This document shows positions 52,398-64,000 of a stretch of 64,000 bases of DNA, in pieces; within the stretch, counting starts at the first letter, position 1; each line of letters starts with the position of its first letter. The stretch spans positions 496,001-560,000 of the forward strand of contig NW_019029004.1 of the NCBI RefSeq assembly GCF_002105155.1, in the 5' to 3' direction. This DNA comes from Lobosporangium transversale. Taxonomy: Eukaryota. The position numbers and the translations under genes are program-made. The notes below the pieces were generated by a model. That model worked only from the letters and a program-made list of their open reading frames with translations. It searched no databases and was not told the origin of the DNA.

Positions 52398-52570
52398 TGC
52401 TTATTTATATTTACTTTTATTTTTTAGTACAAAGAAAACTAGTTGATACATTAAAAAGCAACAACAACTCAAAAGAAAGAAAAGGCATGATATTCGGATA
52501 ATAAAAAAATAAAAAAGAAACGAATGAAATAAACGGGACGAACAAAAATAAGAATTAATAAAAACAAGCA

Positions 52571-52731
52571 TTAACGCCTCTCATTCACTCGGAACTGAAG
52601 CCAGAGGAAACCGATCAAGAAGAACGTGCAAGCCATGATACTAAGACTTTGCACATCTTTCCAGAACGCGCCCGAGTTAAATCCAAATGTTGACAGAATG
52701 ACTGCTCCAGGAACCTAAAATGTAAGTTACG

Positions 52732-52765
<34 letters not shown>

Positions 52766-54717
52766 AGAGATCAACACCAAGCCGAGTTTGTTTTTATACC
52801 TCTTTTTTCAAAAAAAAAAAAAAAAAAAAAAACATACATCGATCTCTAAGCCAAACTCTTTCTGGATGAGATGTAAGAATGTGATTTCATTGACCAGTAG
52901 TGCCTCAAATGCAAAATTAAAGAATGATAACTCTTTGAGCCACGCAAGCTTCGCAGGTATCGAGGCTAATATTCAAATAATTGGATAGAAATCAGCGTCA
53001 GTATTTGTATAAAAAAAAAAAAAAAAAAAAAAGGCAATATGACTTATCATGTATGACAACTTACATTTGTTTAGCAAGAGACCGCCAAAGAGCATAGAGA
53101 ACAACATGATTAAGCTGCTCATCAGGTTGGCGACGCCCACCTCCTCAAAAATGATTCCAATCATCAAGCAAACACCAGAAGCCGTAAAGTTGAATAGTAC
53201 CAGAACTAAAAAGAACTTTCCAAATTCCTTCCAGCCATCTACCAACCCAACCATGTTGTAAATAATCAGGCCCATCAACATCGGGGGGATGACACGCAGC
53301 GGTACGATATCAAACAGGACTTTGGTCAGATAGTAAGTCAAAGGAGAGTAATATCCATTGGCCCGTTCTCTTACAAACAAAATGCGCTCATGCGCAAACG
53401 AAGGTAGGATCGACAAGCAAGAGAAACCAAAGAGTGCACACATAAAGAAGAACACACCCATACGATTCTGGAATCCAGGAATGTCGTTCGTAACCTTGTA
53501 AAATAGCGCACCACAGAGTAAACCCAGGAAGATGGACGTGCAGTAGTGTGAGAGCATGAGCATTGGGTCGCGGTAAATGTTCTTGAGAGTCCTGTCGGCT
53601 AAAATCTTGAATTGACTCCACCAAGAAGCGCGTTCAAATGTCGAGACTGCCTTTCCAGACGTCATGTTGCTATAGATCGATCCAGGGGCATTGGCGCCTT
53701 GCTCTCCGCCTTGGACTGCAAAGTCAATTTGCTGTTCGATATCCATAAGAATATGGCTCGCCTTGAAGCCCTCCACAAGTGCCTGAAGATGGGCTCTTGC
53801 GGTATCTGCTTCCTCAGAATCTAATGGGTCCCTTCGGGTACCACTATCGCTAGTGCCTGAAGATACGGGGTCAATGCCAATAGCGGTTTCGCGTGCAAGC
53901 CCCGAGCGAGCTCCAGGAGTATTGGATCCACTTGGTCGTGGACGGTCTTGCTCACGAGAGGCGAGTTCACTCTCCCACTGAAGCGAGTCATCAATAATAC
54001 TAGGTGCACGCGTGAATGAAGGACTAGCGTCATTGGAGCGCCCTGCTACAGTGCTATCCTGAAGACTGGGCGCGGCATCATAGGAGCTTTCGTCCTGATC
54101 ATCCTGACTATCATCGTTGGCAGTATTAAGTGATTTGGATGGCTTTCCAGTGTACATGGTCAGATCGAGCATGTAGTCTGCCATGTTGAAGCCCTCCGGA
54201 CAAGCATGTCCCAGGCTTTTCAGATGTCCGTTGAGGTTCCTGGTTTCTCCTGAATAGACCAACTGTCCTTTGGCCATCAAAACCAACTGATCAAACATTG
54301 CAAAGATATTGCTTCGAGGCTGATGGATGGTGCAGATGACTGTGCGGTTATAACTCCTGGCAAGCGTAACGAGACATTCCACCACATTAAAGGCATTGTA
54401 GGCGTCCAATCCAGAGGTTGGCTCGTCCAAAAACAAGATAGAGGGCGAAGTAACGAGTTCACAGGCAATGGAGACTCTGCGCTTTTCTCCTCCAGAGATA
54501 GAACGTTGTCCACTGGCGCCAATCTTCATATCCTTGATGCCCAAGATACCAAGCTCCGACATAGTCTCCATCACACGGAATCGCTTAGCGTCGTATGACA
54601 TATCTCGCGGAAGGCGAAGTAAAGCTGAGTATAAAATAGTCTCGTAAACTGTCAAAGTGGGCATCAAAGTGTCCTCTTGATCAACATATCTGTTGCAAAC
54701 AAATTGGGGGAAGTAGG

Positions 54718-54750
<33 letters not shown>

Positions 54751-56436
54751 AGAGAATAACCATGAGAAAGAGAATTAAAGAAAGTCTATTTTATGCGAGA
54801 TTATGAAAAGTGAAAACATACCCAGCAACACGTTTATATTCCTGACGGGAGACCGTTTTTCCGTTGACATAGATGTTTCCATGCACCGTTCCAGACTTGT
54901 GACGTCTTGCCAAGATATCTAGCAAACTGGTCTTTCCAGCACCACTAGCACCCATGATGGCCATAACTTGTCCAGGTTTGACAATTCCACTAACTTGCCT
55001 GAGCACCTCTTTACCGCCTACAGTGTAGCTCATATCCTTGAACATAAGAGTGGCAGGAATGTGCTCGGCCATTAGCTTGGCAGCCTCATCATCTGGAAGT
55101 GCAATATATCCGTCTCCTGAGTATCCCGATTTCTTGGCCAGATAGAAGACAGCGAATGCAAGGCCAATGAGGAATGCAAAGACTCCAGTAATAGACAAGA
55201 TGATGCCTAGGGTGTAGTCAGGACGAGGGGGTCGAACAAAGCCTGGTACTTGAGTGTAATGCAGACATTCTCCACTATGGCATTTAAGGTAGATTGCTGG
55301 ATCTCCAAACATATCCTGGATCATCTCATTCATAGCAGGCTCTATTAAAAATTATGAAGGCGTAAAAAATATTAGTGCACGCCAGTCTGGAGCTAAAAAT
55401 TATACGATATTGTAAAAGAGCTATCTCATTACATACCTTCAAACGTGCATTTGCCGTTTTCTTTACAGACAAATTCCGCAGGTCCTTTGATCTCTTCTTC
55501 AAGGAAATCGTCAATATCTGTAATTATTCAGGATATATAATAAATATGAGTAGAGTGTAACCAGGAAAATAGATCAATGCTTGGATTTCAATATCCCTTT
55601 AAGTTACGTACTGACGCTTCCGTCTTTTCCGCAAAGCATTCTGCCAGGGACGCAAGAGCATTTCACACTCTTGCACTTGTAAGTTGTGAGAGTATCATCG
55701 AACTTGACGTCTAATGGAGTCAGTTGGATGGAGATGCTAATGTGTTAGTCCAACATCCGTCACTCGAGATCAGCATAACCAATTGTCATCCTGCCATTGC
55801 ATAATATCAACGGTACCTTGCGCAAAGGTACATTCATCCAGATGACAATAAAATGATTCTACTTGGTCAACCCAAACTAGAGCAAAGAGATCAGAGATCA
55901 GAGAGCAGTTATTAGAAAATCGGCTTAATAGTATTGCATGTCTATCTATCTTTTACAAGAATAAAAGTATTTTTTTTTTTTTTTTTTTTTTTCCTCCTTA
56001 CATTGAAAGTCACAGGTGGCAGCCTTGCTGTTGCATGAGAATGTAATAGCAGGAGGCTGATCTGGAAGTGCAGCAACGATGTTACGATCTATTACAAGCA
56101 ATGATGGTACTCTTAGTTAGACCATATTTGGAGCCAAAATTAATTTGTATGACGAGTAGTTTTGAATCCTTTCCACAAAAAGAAGTTTCTGACTGAATTT
56201 TAAAAGAGATCCCATGTGGTTCAAATCGTTAAACTCTACTTTGAGCCCTCCACCAGACTTACTGATGACATCGCACTGCTGAAAGCTTTCAACGACAGTG
56301 AAGCCGCCTTTGTAACAAGTTCCATTTTGACCCGTAGGCACGAGCGAGTTGCAAACATGGTCCGATTCACAGACTATATTAATGTGTAAAAGAAATTGTT
56401 ATAATGAGAAATCTGAGTCAAAAAAAAGACATCTTG

Positions 56437-56469
<33 letters not shown>

Positions 56470-57249
56470 CCTGATAATCCCATGTTCCTACCATTGCAGT
56501 TGATGCCTGACCAACCGTCTTTGCACTTGCACTTTTCATCATCACCACGGCGCGGTCGGCTTTTGCCATCATCGAGACCTCCGCAGACTATCGGTCGAAA
56601 AAAAAAAAAGCAAAAGCAGAAACCAGGGTACAAGCAGGTAAGTATAATAAAGGATATAATAAAGGAAAAAACGAGCTATGGGATGTGAGATGACAGCATC
56701 GTGATCAGGCACAAACAGTGCTTGTGTAATGCACACACACAGCGCCGATTTTTTTCCTCTCAGGGGAAAAAGTAATTCAGGGAGAGGAATAACAAACAGA
56801 TTACGGCTGACAGCCTATAGGGTAGTGGAATGCATGTCGTCGGATGGTTTCATTTTTCTTAAACAACTCACATGACGACATCTTCAAATTCAAGAAAAAA
56901 GGGAAAAAAAAAAAAAAAAAAAAAAAAAAAACTGATCACGTTGTATACCTGGTTCTGAGCAGTTGTTGCCAGCAAATCCGGGCGGGCAGGTACAAAGACC
57001 GTCATAAGAATTGCAGGGTGCAAAGTGAGAGCAAGGAAAGGCATCTAGCTGACAGTTGAAACAAGGAGGACATTCTTCAGGTCTGATTGGGGCAGCAGCA
57101 GCCAAGAGTGGGTTGGCCAGGGACATTGCAGCTGGAGCGAGCATGTTATCTCGAGGATCAAACAGGGTTGGCAAAGAGGCCTCGTTAAGACTGGCAGCTG
57201 TTTTTGCCATGACAAGAAAAGGCAATGCCAAGAGCCAAGACTGCCTCAT
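52571..57249 (-). CDS. ADP1: ABCG half-transporter with Cys-rich/EGF-like luminal domain (Adp1)
   Basis: About 11 exons. Signal peptide, CPPCFNC and EGF-like repeats, TM, Walker A GASGAGKT, signature [32 protein letters not shown]2 membrane domain. Confidence 0.93.
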
Positions 57250-57493
57250 TTTCTTTTTCCTTTTTCCTTTCTATCCTTCTCTAGTGCTTTGTTGTATTTC
57301 TGACTATTGGCTTGGTTCTAAAAAAGAAAAAGAAAAGAAAAGGGGAGGTGGAATGAAAGGGAAAAGGAAAGGAAAGGAAAGGAAAAGGGAAGGAATGGAT
57401 GAATGTGGGTGAGTAAGTGAATGAATGAAGGATGAACGAATGAAAGAAAGAAAAGAAAAGAAAAGAGTAAAAAAAAGAGAAAAGAAGGTGATA

Positions 57494-57494
57494 A

Positions 57495-57545
<51 letters not shown>
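57494..57545 (+). repeat. (AAAG)n microsatellite
   Basis: About 13 tandem AAAG units upstream of ADP1. Confidence 0.9.
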
Positions 57546-57546
<1 letters not shown>

Positions 57547-58242
57547 AGTGAGAAAGGGCTAATGTAGTCAGCGTAGGGTTTTGTATGCATGTCCAAGTAC
57601 ACATGTGGGGTAAAGGCATTAAGTCAGTTTGGTGGGAATGAGGGTCTCTTTCAATTACAGAAGAGACGTTAATTGCACGTCTTGCACAACATCCATTTGT
57701 CGTCACATCAACTTTTTACTTCATTCATTTATTATTCTCTTTCGGCGCTTTGTTTTCAATTATTATTTCTTTCCATCAAACTTCTTTTCAATTACTTTTT
57801 TTTTTTTTTTTTTTTTTGTAATCTGATGCATCGCAGCCTTGTCTGCGTCATCACTATCTTTTTTTTTTTTTTTTTTTTTTATTAATTTTTTTTTTATTAA
57901 TTTTTTTTTTGTGTTTAATAGAAGCATTACAATAACTTCTCGTTCCTCTTCATTTTCTTTTTTGGCTCTCTTTTCTTTTTCCTTTATTTCTTTGTCAGAC
58001 TGTGTTACATTCATCATAATAAGATCCACAACAACAACCGCATCCACCACTGTTTCTTCTTCTCTTCTTTAAAAGCCCTGCCATCTCTTCTAGGAACGAA
58101 CCATATAAAAAAAACACGCGATCTAGCCTGTAATAGAAACAACGCTTCAGGAACCACCCGTTTTTTCTCTTTCTTTCTTTTTTTTACCTTTTTTCTTTTT
58201 TTTTTATCCAAAAAGGATCTGCATCATTACAACTGCACAATC

Positions 58243-60051
58243 ATGTCTTCGTCCGTAGGCTCTGGATCAACTACAGGCATGCTAAAAAAAAAATAATAAA
58301 TCAACTTTGACCATGTTTTAGTTTATGTTTCCCGACTTTTGGTCCATGGTTATGCTTTTTTTCCCCCTTGTCAAATAACCAAGGGTCTAACAGAGATTCT
58401 ATCATTAAACAAAAAACAAATACCTAAAAAAAACGTGGTTTATCTCTTATAGACTTTCCTCCTGACCATGAACGGCGAATGCAAGGACCTTCATCAATCA
58501 ATTCTGGGTCTGGAGTAATACCCACTAACCGGCCACCCTCAACACAACAGCCTCCACCGCAATCGCAAGCACAATCACAAGCACATTCACAATCACAATT
58601 ACAATCGCAATCGCTATCACAATCACAATCACAATCACAATCACAATCACAATCACAATCGCAGCCTCAACCGCAATCAGGAACTCCAGCCATGCCACCA
58701 CCTCCTCCACGAACACAGTCTCCCTCGCGACACTCTGAGATGCAAGAGCCATTGGATCCTCTTTCACATCTTTCACACATTTTTGAAAAGATCAGGAAGC
58801 AAGTCATTGAATGGGGCGAAGATGCCAACTGGAAGATCGATGTGTTTTTATTACCCAACGAGGATAATCCCCCAACAACAGGAAATAATGCTCCTCCGCC
58901 AACATCAACACCTAACAATGCATCTATGGGAGCTTCTTCAACTCTTGATACAACCCCAATAGGAGAAGCAGGATCAGCATCACTCGCCCCTGTGCATGCA
59001 ATGGCACCCATGTCAGGCCTTCCTTCAAGCCCTTTACGGCAAGGACGATCATCGGATATCCAAAGTTCTGAACTTCGACGTCGTCGCGGTAAAAAAAAAA
59101 AAAAAAAAAAAAAAAGACATTTGAAATCATTTCATTTTATTTTTTTCTTTCTTTACAACTTATCATCGTATCTTGGATTCATGGATCTTCTTTCATGTAG
59201 GAACTAGTCCGCCTGGTTTCACTCTTCAACCGCCACCAAGTGATTTGCCCTTGATTAAAAGCGAAGGCGTTCCAACAACACTAAAGGAGCAAGATGTCGC
59301 AGCTATGAGTGAATCAGAAGCGAAACAAATGGTAAAAAAAAAGGCTACTTTTGATTTGATTCTTTTACACGATACATAACGGGCAGCCGGGGATTATTTT
59401 ATTAAACAATGTCCACATGTATGAAACTTTGGACATAATAGCTATCTATCGCCATTCGGCAATTGCGGGAACAGCAAGATTTATTATCTCAGGCAATGCA
59501 GGATTTAGATACCATGCAGCGCATTAGCGCAAAGAAGGTGCGACTCTTTTTTTTTTTTAATTCATTTATTTTTTATTTTCAAATTGATTAATGACTATTG
59601 TTCAAATGATACAATACAATTTTTTATTTATTTATTAATTTCTCAGGAGAGGGATGCAGAAGCAAGACTTGATGTTGAGAGACGTATTCTGGAACAAGAT
59701 GCCTTGGTTCTCTCCAAGAAATGGAAGGATGCAACTTATAGTTTGATGGAAAAGGATCGTGAAGTAAGCACCCTCTCCCCATTTTTCTTTCTTTCTCTCT
59801 CTCTTTCTTTCTTTTTCAGCATTATCGTATTTTGCGATTTAACATGTCATATAATAACAACTCATCAACATTAGATACGAGATGTACACTCGCAGTTGGA
59901 GGCAGGGACGCGGTTAATCAGGGATCGTTATCAAGAACGACGAAAGGTAACTATTTTTTTTTCTTTCAATGCGGAGCAATATGATTCAATACTTCTTTCT
60001 AAATTGTATACCGGGATTGATGTGTTTTTTTATTTTCATTATTATTATTAA

Positions 60052-60084
<33 letters not shown>

Positions 60085-60925
60085 GCAATGTATATAGCGT
60101 CTCGATGAACATGGAGCTTTTCTCACACGTGGGATGCCAGGAAAGGATAGATCGGAACAGAATCAACAACAATCATCAACGCCATCATCATCACAACCAT
60201 TACCATCATCGTCACCACTATCACCGTTGGCTCATCGACATCGTCATCGCCATGTCCATTATCATCGTCATCATCATCGACACTTGACAAAACGACGTGA
60301 TATGGGAACAGATTCACTCGAAAACCTTGCCATATTAGCTACACAAGTGCTATCAAGAGAACCTTTGATCATTTCAAAGAAAGCACTCAATAACTCCAAC
60401 GCCAACACCAACACCAACACTAATGCCAGCATCAATAATAGAAATCATAGCTCATCCTTCGATCCTGCGGCTGTCTACACAGGCGGATACCTACGTGAAA
60501 AGAAGCGAACAACGACGGAAGAACGGGATCAAGGTTTACAATTACGACCCGTCAAAAGAGTAGATTTGAGTGGGCTCATGGAAAGCACAGAAAAACCTGT
60601 CACAGGCACAGGTACAAGCACAGCCACTAGCATTAGCATAGTTGCGGATAGTCAAGTGTCACAACAGAGTTCAAAAAAATCAACATCTAATTCAACATCA
60701 GCATCAACATCAGCATCAGCACCAGCACCAGCACCATCTTTATCTTTATCTGGCCCCGCTAACGGAGCTTCATCTCCGTCCTCCTCAAAAACCATATCAA
60801 ACGGACGAGGAAGTACAGAGTATTTGAGTAGAAGATCACAGTACCAACGACATCCTCAACAACAGCAACAGCAACAGCAGCAACAACAGCAACAGCAACA
60901 GCAACAACAACAACAACAGCAACAA

Positions 60926-60990
<65 letters not shown>

Positions 60991-61138
60991 ACAACAACAA
61001 CAACAGCAATCGGAATCACATTTACATTCACATTCTTCACGGTCCTCAGCTGGAGCATCACATCATTATCACTCTCAGTCCTCATCACCATCTAAGGATA
61101 ATAATACAAGTAGATCTTCCAGCAAACAAAGGCGTTAG
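58243..61138 (+). CDS. Hypothetical low-complexity coiled-coil protein with (SQ)n, His-rich and polyQ tracts
   Basis: Seven exons splice in frame (58243-58276, 58453-59088, 59201-59331, 59442-59538, 59647-59763, 59875-59946, 60098-61138); the start may instead be ATG 58479. Central heptad-rich exons. Confidence 0.75.
60857..61009 (+). repeat. CAA/CAG repeat encoding 51 consecutive Gln
   Basis: 153 nt of CAA/CAG codons in frame within the last exon. Confidence 0.95.
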
Positions 61139-61357
61139 TTAATGAACAAGGATAATGAAAAGAAGGAAAGAAAAGAAGATAGAAGAAAATCGTGATCATA
61201 ACGTTGTTCTCTAAAGCTCTTTATAAAAAAGATAAATTCTTCAAAGTGTATATTAAATATATTATTTATAATATCAATCGATTATCGATCTACAATGATC
61301 TTTGTCTTCATCTTTGAAAGACGAAAAAAAAAAAAAAAAAAATAGTAGATGGAAGAT

Positions 61358-61388
<31 letters not shown>

Positions 61389-61413
61389 AGTGCATTATAT
61401 ATATCTTTGGACA

Positions 61414-63120
61414 CTATGACAAAATTGGCAAAAAGTTCCCTACAATTGCTAGAGGGATATCGAAAATATCTCTCTTAATGGTAAAACAGAACGTACAGGG
61501 CACTACTCGGTTCGTTGGACTCAAGAGAATACATGTCGTCATCACTGTCTGCTCCGTGTTTTCGAACGCGTGTGTCGAGAATTTTTCCCAATACTCTACT
61601 GCTGATTGATTATCCATCAGCTCGTAAATGTATGTTTTCTTGCCCACAAGCTGATCTCGTCCCCATTGTGTCAATAAAGAAAACTCTTTTCCCACAAGTG
61701 CAATCTCTCCTGTACGACGCCATACTACTGTGGGTGTCCCTGAGAAACTAATTAGCTTTTCAAATTCCTAGATTTAAACAGTGGTATTAAATAGCATTAG
61801 TGATAATAGCATAGTCAGAAAGAATTGAACATTCATATCGCTTAAGCTTGTGATTTAGTAGCATAAAGTATCAAGATTCCGAATAAATAAATAAAAAAAA
61901 AAAAATAAAATAAATAAAATAAAAAAAAAAAAAAAAAAAAAAAAAAAACTTACAAGGATTGTGCGCTGAAAACATTTTTCCATAAAAATAAGATCTTCTG
62001 GCGTCAGGTTCATGATCAATGCGATAAACGATGGTCGGAACATGGCCATCGCCCTACAGATACGCATCATCTCTTCCTTATCCATCCTGTGTAGCCGCAG
62101 GATTTGCAAGCATAAGCAGAAATGTTTTAATCAAGATGTCAACCTCGCTTTCTCAGGACGAGCAAACAAAAGCTTCACACCCTTACCGTTCACGGACGTA
62201 TCGCAAAAGATAATGGAAGCCGTCGGTATAATTAAACGGTTGCTTTGTATTGGCATAGACATTCTCAGGTGTATTGCTTGGAAATTTGCGTTTGCTCACC
62301 CTCGTTGTAGTAGTATGTTGAAATGGTGATGTGGTATTTGTAGGGTTGGCAGTCGATGCGCCAGGTCCCAACAACCCAGCTGCACCATTAGAAGCGACAT
62401 TATTATTGCTATTATTACCATTGGTGATGCTATTATGAGCTGGTGCGCCGCCATTGGACATGGCCCCTGTTATACTAGATCCATCTGTCCCTGTTCCCGA
62501 CCTAGCGCCCGCTGCCGCTGCCGCTGTCGCCATCACCCCTTGAGCGGCTAGGGCTTTTTGAAGCTGGTTATTGTTAGCCAAACTAGCCATGGCATCTAAA
62601 CCCCCCTGCCGTTGCCAATTCTCCACAATCGATAGGTCCGACATTGGATTGAGATCTGCTGTTGGCGAAGAGAGCATTGTCGAGATGATTGAGTACTCCA
62701 AATTGACTGCTTCAGATCCAAACCCGTAATCAGATGTCATTGGAAAGCCAAAGATCGCATTGGCGTCTGTCAACGTGGCTACGGAGAATAAAAACCCCAC
62801 ATGACTCGGGTCAGTAACATGATCACCAGATTTCATTTCTCAAGTCGGTATTCTGAGGTGATCATATGCAGATAAGGCGTTTTTCAATACAATTTCTACA
62901 CTTTTAATACCTTGTCGCTGTTGCTGGTCCTGATCTGTCATGAGCTGATGATTTATTGTTGAAAGGTCTGTACTAGGTCCACTCTGGGTAGCCTGCGCTG
63001 ATTGCTCAGCAGCCAGCTGCTGAGCGTCATATGCATCCTGAAGATACTTGGCCTTTTTCCTAACACCATCTGCACATGTTGAAGCTAAATCGCGCTTTAT
63101 GCATCGTTGACAAGGCCGAG
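61414..63120 (-). CDS. ERT1: Zn2Cys6-PAS gluconeogenesis regulator AcuK/Ert1, partial (5' exon lies beyond the window)
   Basis: Exons 63120-62911, 62778-62187, 62086-61953 and 61767-61414. [11 protein letters not shown]...[81 protein letters not shown]. Confidence 0.9.
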
Positions 63121-64000
63121 CTAATGATAAAAGGAGCGTTCAAAACAGAATACATGTTGCATGGTTATATTAGCAAACTAAGTATAGTTTTCCTTGACAG
63201 AGGCCGAGACGCCCAAGTTTCCCGATCCATTTGCTTTGCTTTTTTTGACTCATGCCTACAAGAACAGAGCATGACCCACAAGTAAACAAAGAAAATATAA
63301 ATTTCATAGATGGCTGTTAGACCATCTCCTTTTGACCTCAAACATGTGTATATCTGACTGTTTGAATCAGAGTAATTTTTCTGAGCAGGAAAAAAAAAAA
63401 AAAAAAAAAAAAAAAAAGAATATGAAGAAAAGAGTGGCAAAAGAGATAAAGGAAATAGAATTTGAAAAATGGCCAATATCACGGTATTGCCTCCTGCAAT
63501 TGCTCACAAACTCAATACAGCTACAGGACGGCTTTTCTGCGTCAACCATTGTCCAGCCATTCCGCCCAATGTGCTTTGAAGGATAAAAAGGAAAAGGTAC
63601 TTTAGGGAGGAGTTCATGAGATTGTTGCTGTTATTGCTGTTGCTGTTTGTTTTTGTACTGTGGCTAATTGATCCGCTCCTTGGATACATAATCACATACA
63701 GATACACAGGGGCACATATCGTCGCACACACAGGTGGACGTAAAATACTCCTGCTGTGTCCCTCGCACTGATCCCAGGCGCCATGATGCTATCCATGCTC
63801 TTCCATATCAGGGAAAAATAAAAAATAAAAATGAAAACATCGAGTTTCAATGAAGGCTACGCCATGTTAAAATAGCCAACGATGTCCTTTGTATGTTGAT
63901 TGTAATTAAATCTTTTTGCAAATATCTGTTTGACTGTGGGTTTGCGGAGGAAAAAAGACACTCTCCACTTCTGCGGCTTTGGTTGATAATTGTCACTGAG

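Noticed and set aside
1..64000. Prokaryote-type systems (CRISPR arrays, operons, IS elements) and transposons
   Set aside because: The sequence is spliceosomal-intron-rich fungal DNA; no repeat-spacer arrays, transposase/RT ORFs or terminal repeats were seen.

Overview
Intron-rich, gene-dense eukaryotic DNA from an early-diverging fungus. Gene content, GT-AG introns with CTAAC-like branch points and very long poly(A)/poly(T) tracts suggest Mortierellaceae/Mucoromycota (inference). About 22 spliced or single-exon protein genes were reconstructed by hand: two orphan membrane proteins, UDP-glucose dehydrogenase, SmE, APC11, JMJD4, a CHORD protein, Vam7, an RVxF-ankyrin (MYPT-like) protein, CHCHD2/Mix17, Nup84/107, Cox18, a NOPCHAP1-like protein, cytosolic SerRS, an AIG1/GIMAP-like GTPase, mitoferrin, cystathionine beta-lyase, a BRAT1-like HEAT protein, a Pro-rich type I membrane protein, a PNPOx-like/FNR fusion, the ABC transporter Adp1, a polyQ coiled-coil protein and a partial AcuK/Ert1 factor. 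No tRNA, rRNA, CRISPR array or transposon was recognised. The most striking signal is an apparent single-nucleotide exon (A at 12749, context cctag|A|gtac) that restores the APC11 reading frame. Other highlights: a BRAT1-type DCY C-terminus, a CaaX-tailed AIG1 GTPase, a MYPT-like PP1-docking ankyrin protein, and duplicated ATCTGATAA iron-GATA sites upstream of mitoferrin. All exon boundaries are manual predictions without RNA evidence, and homology calls are from motif recognition, not database searches.
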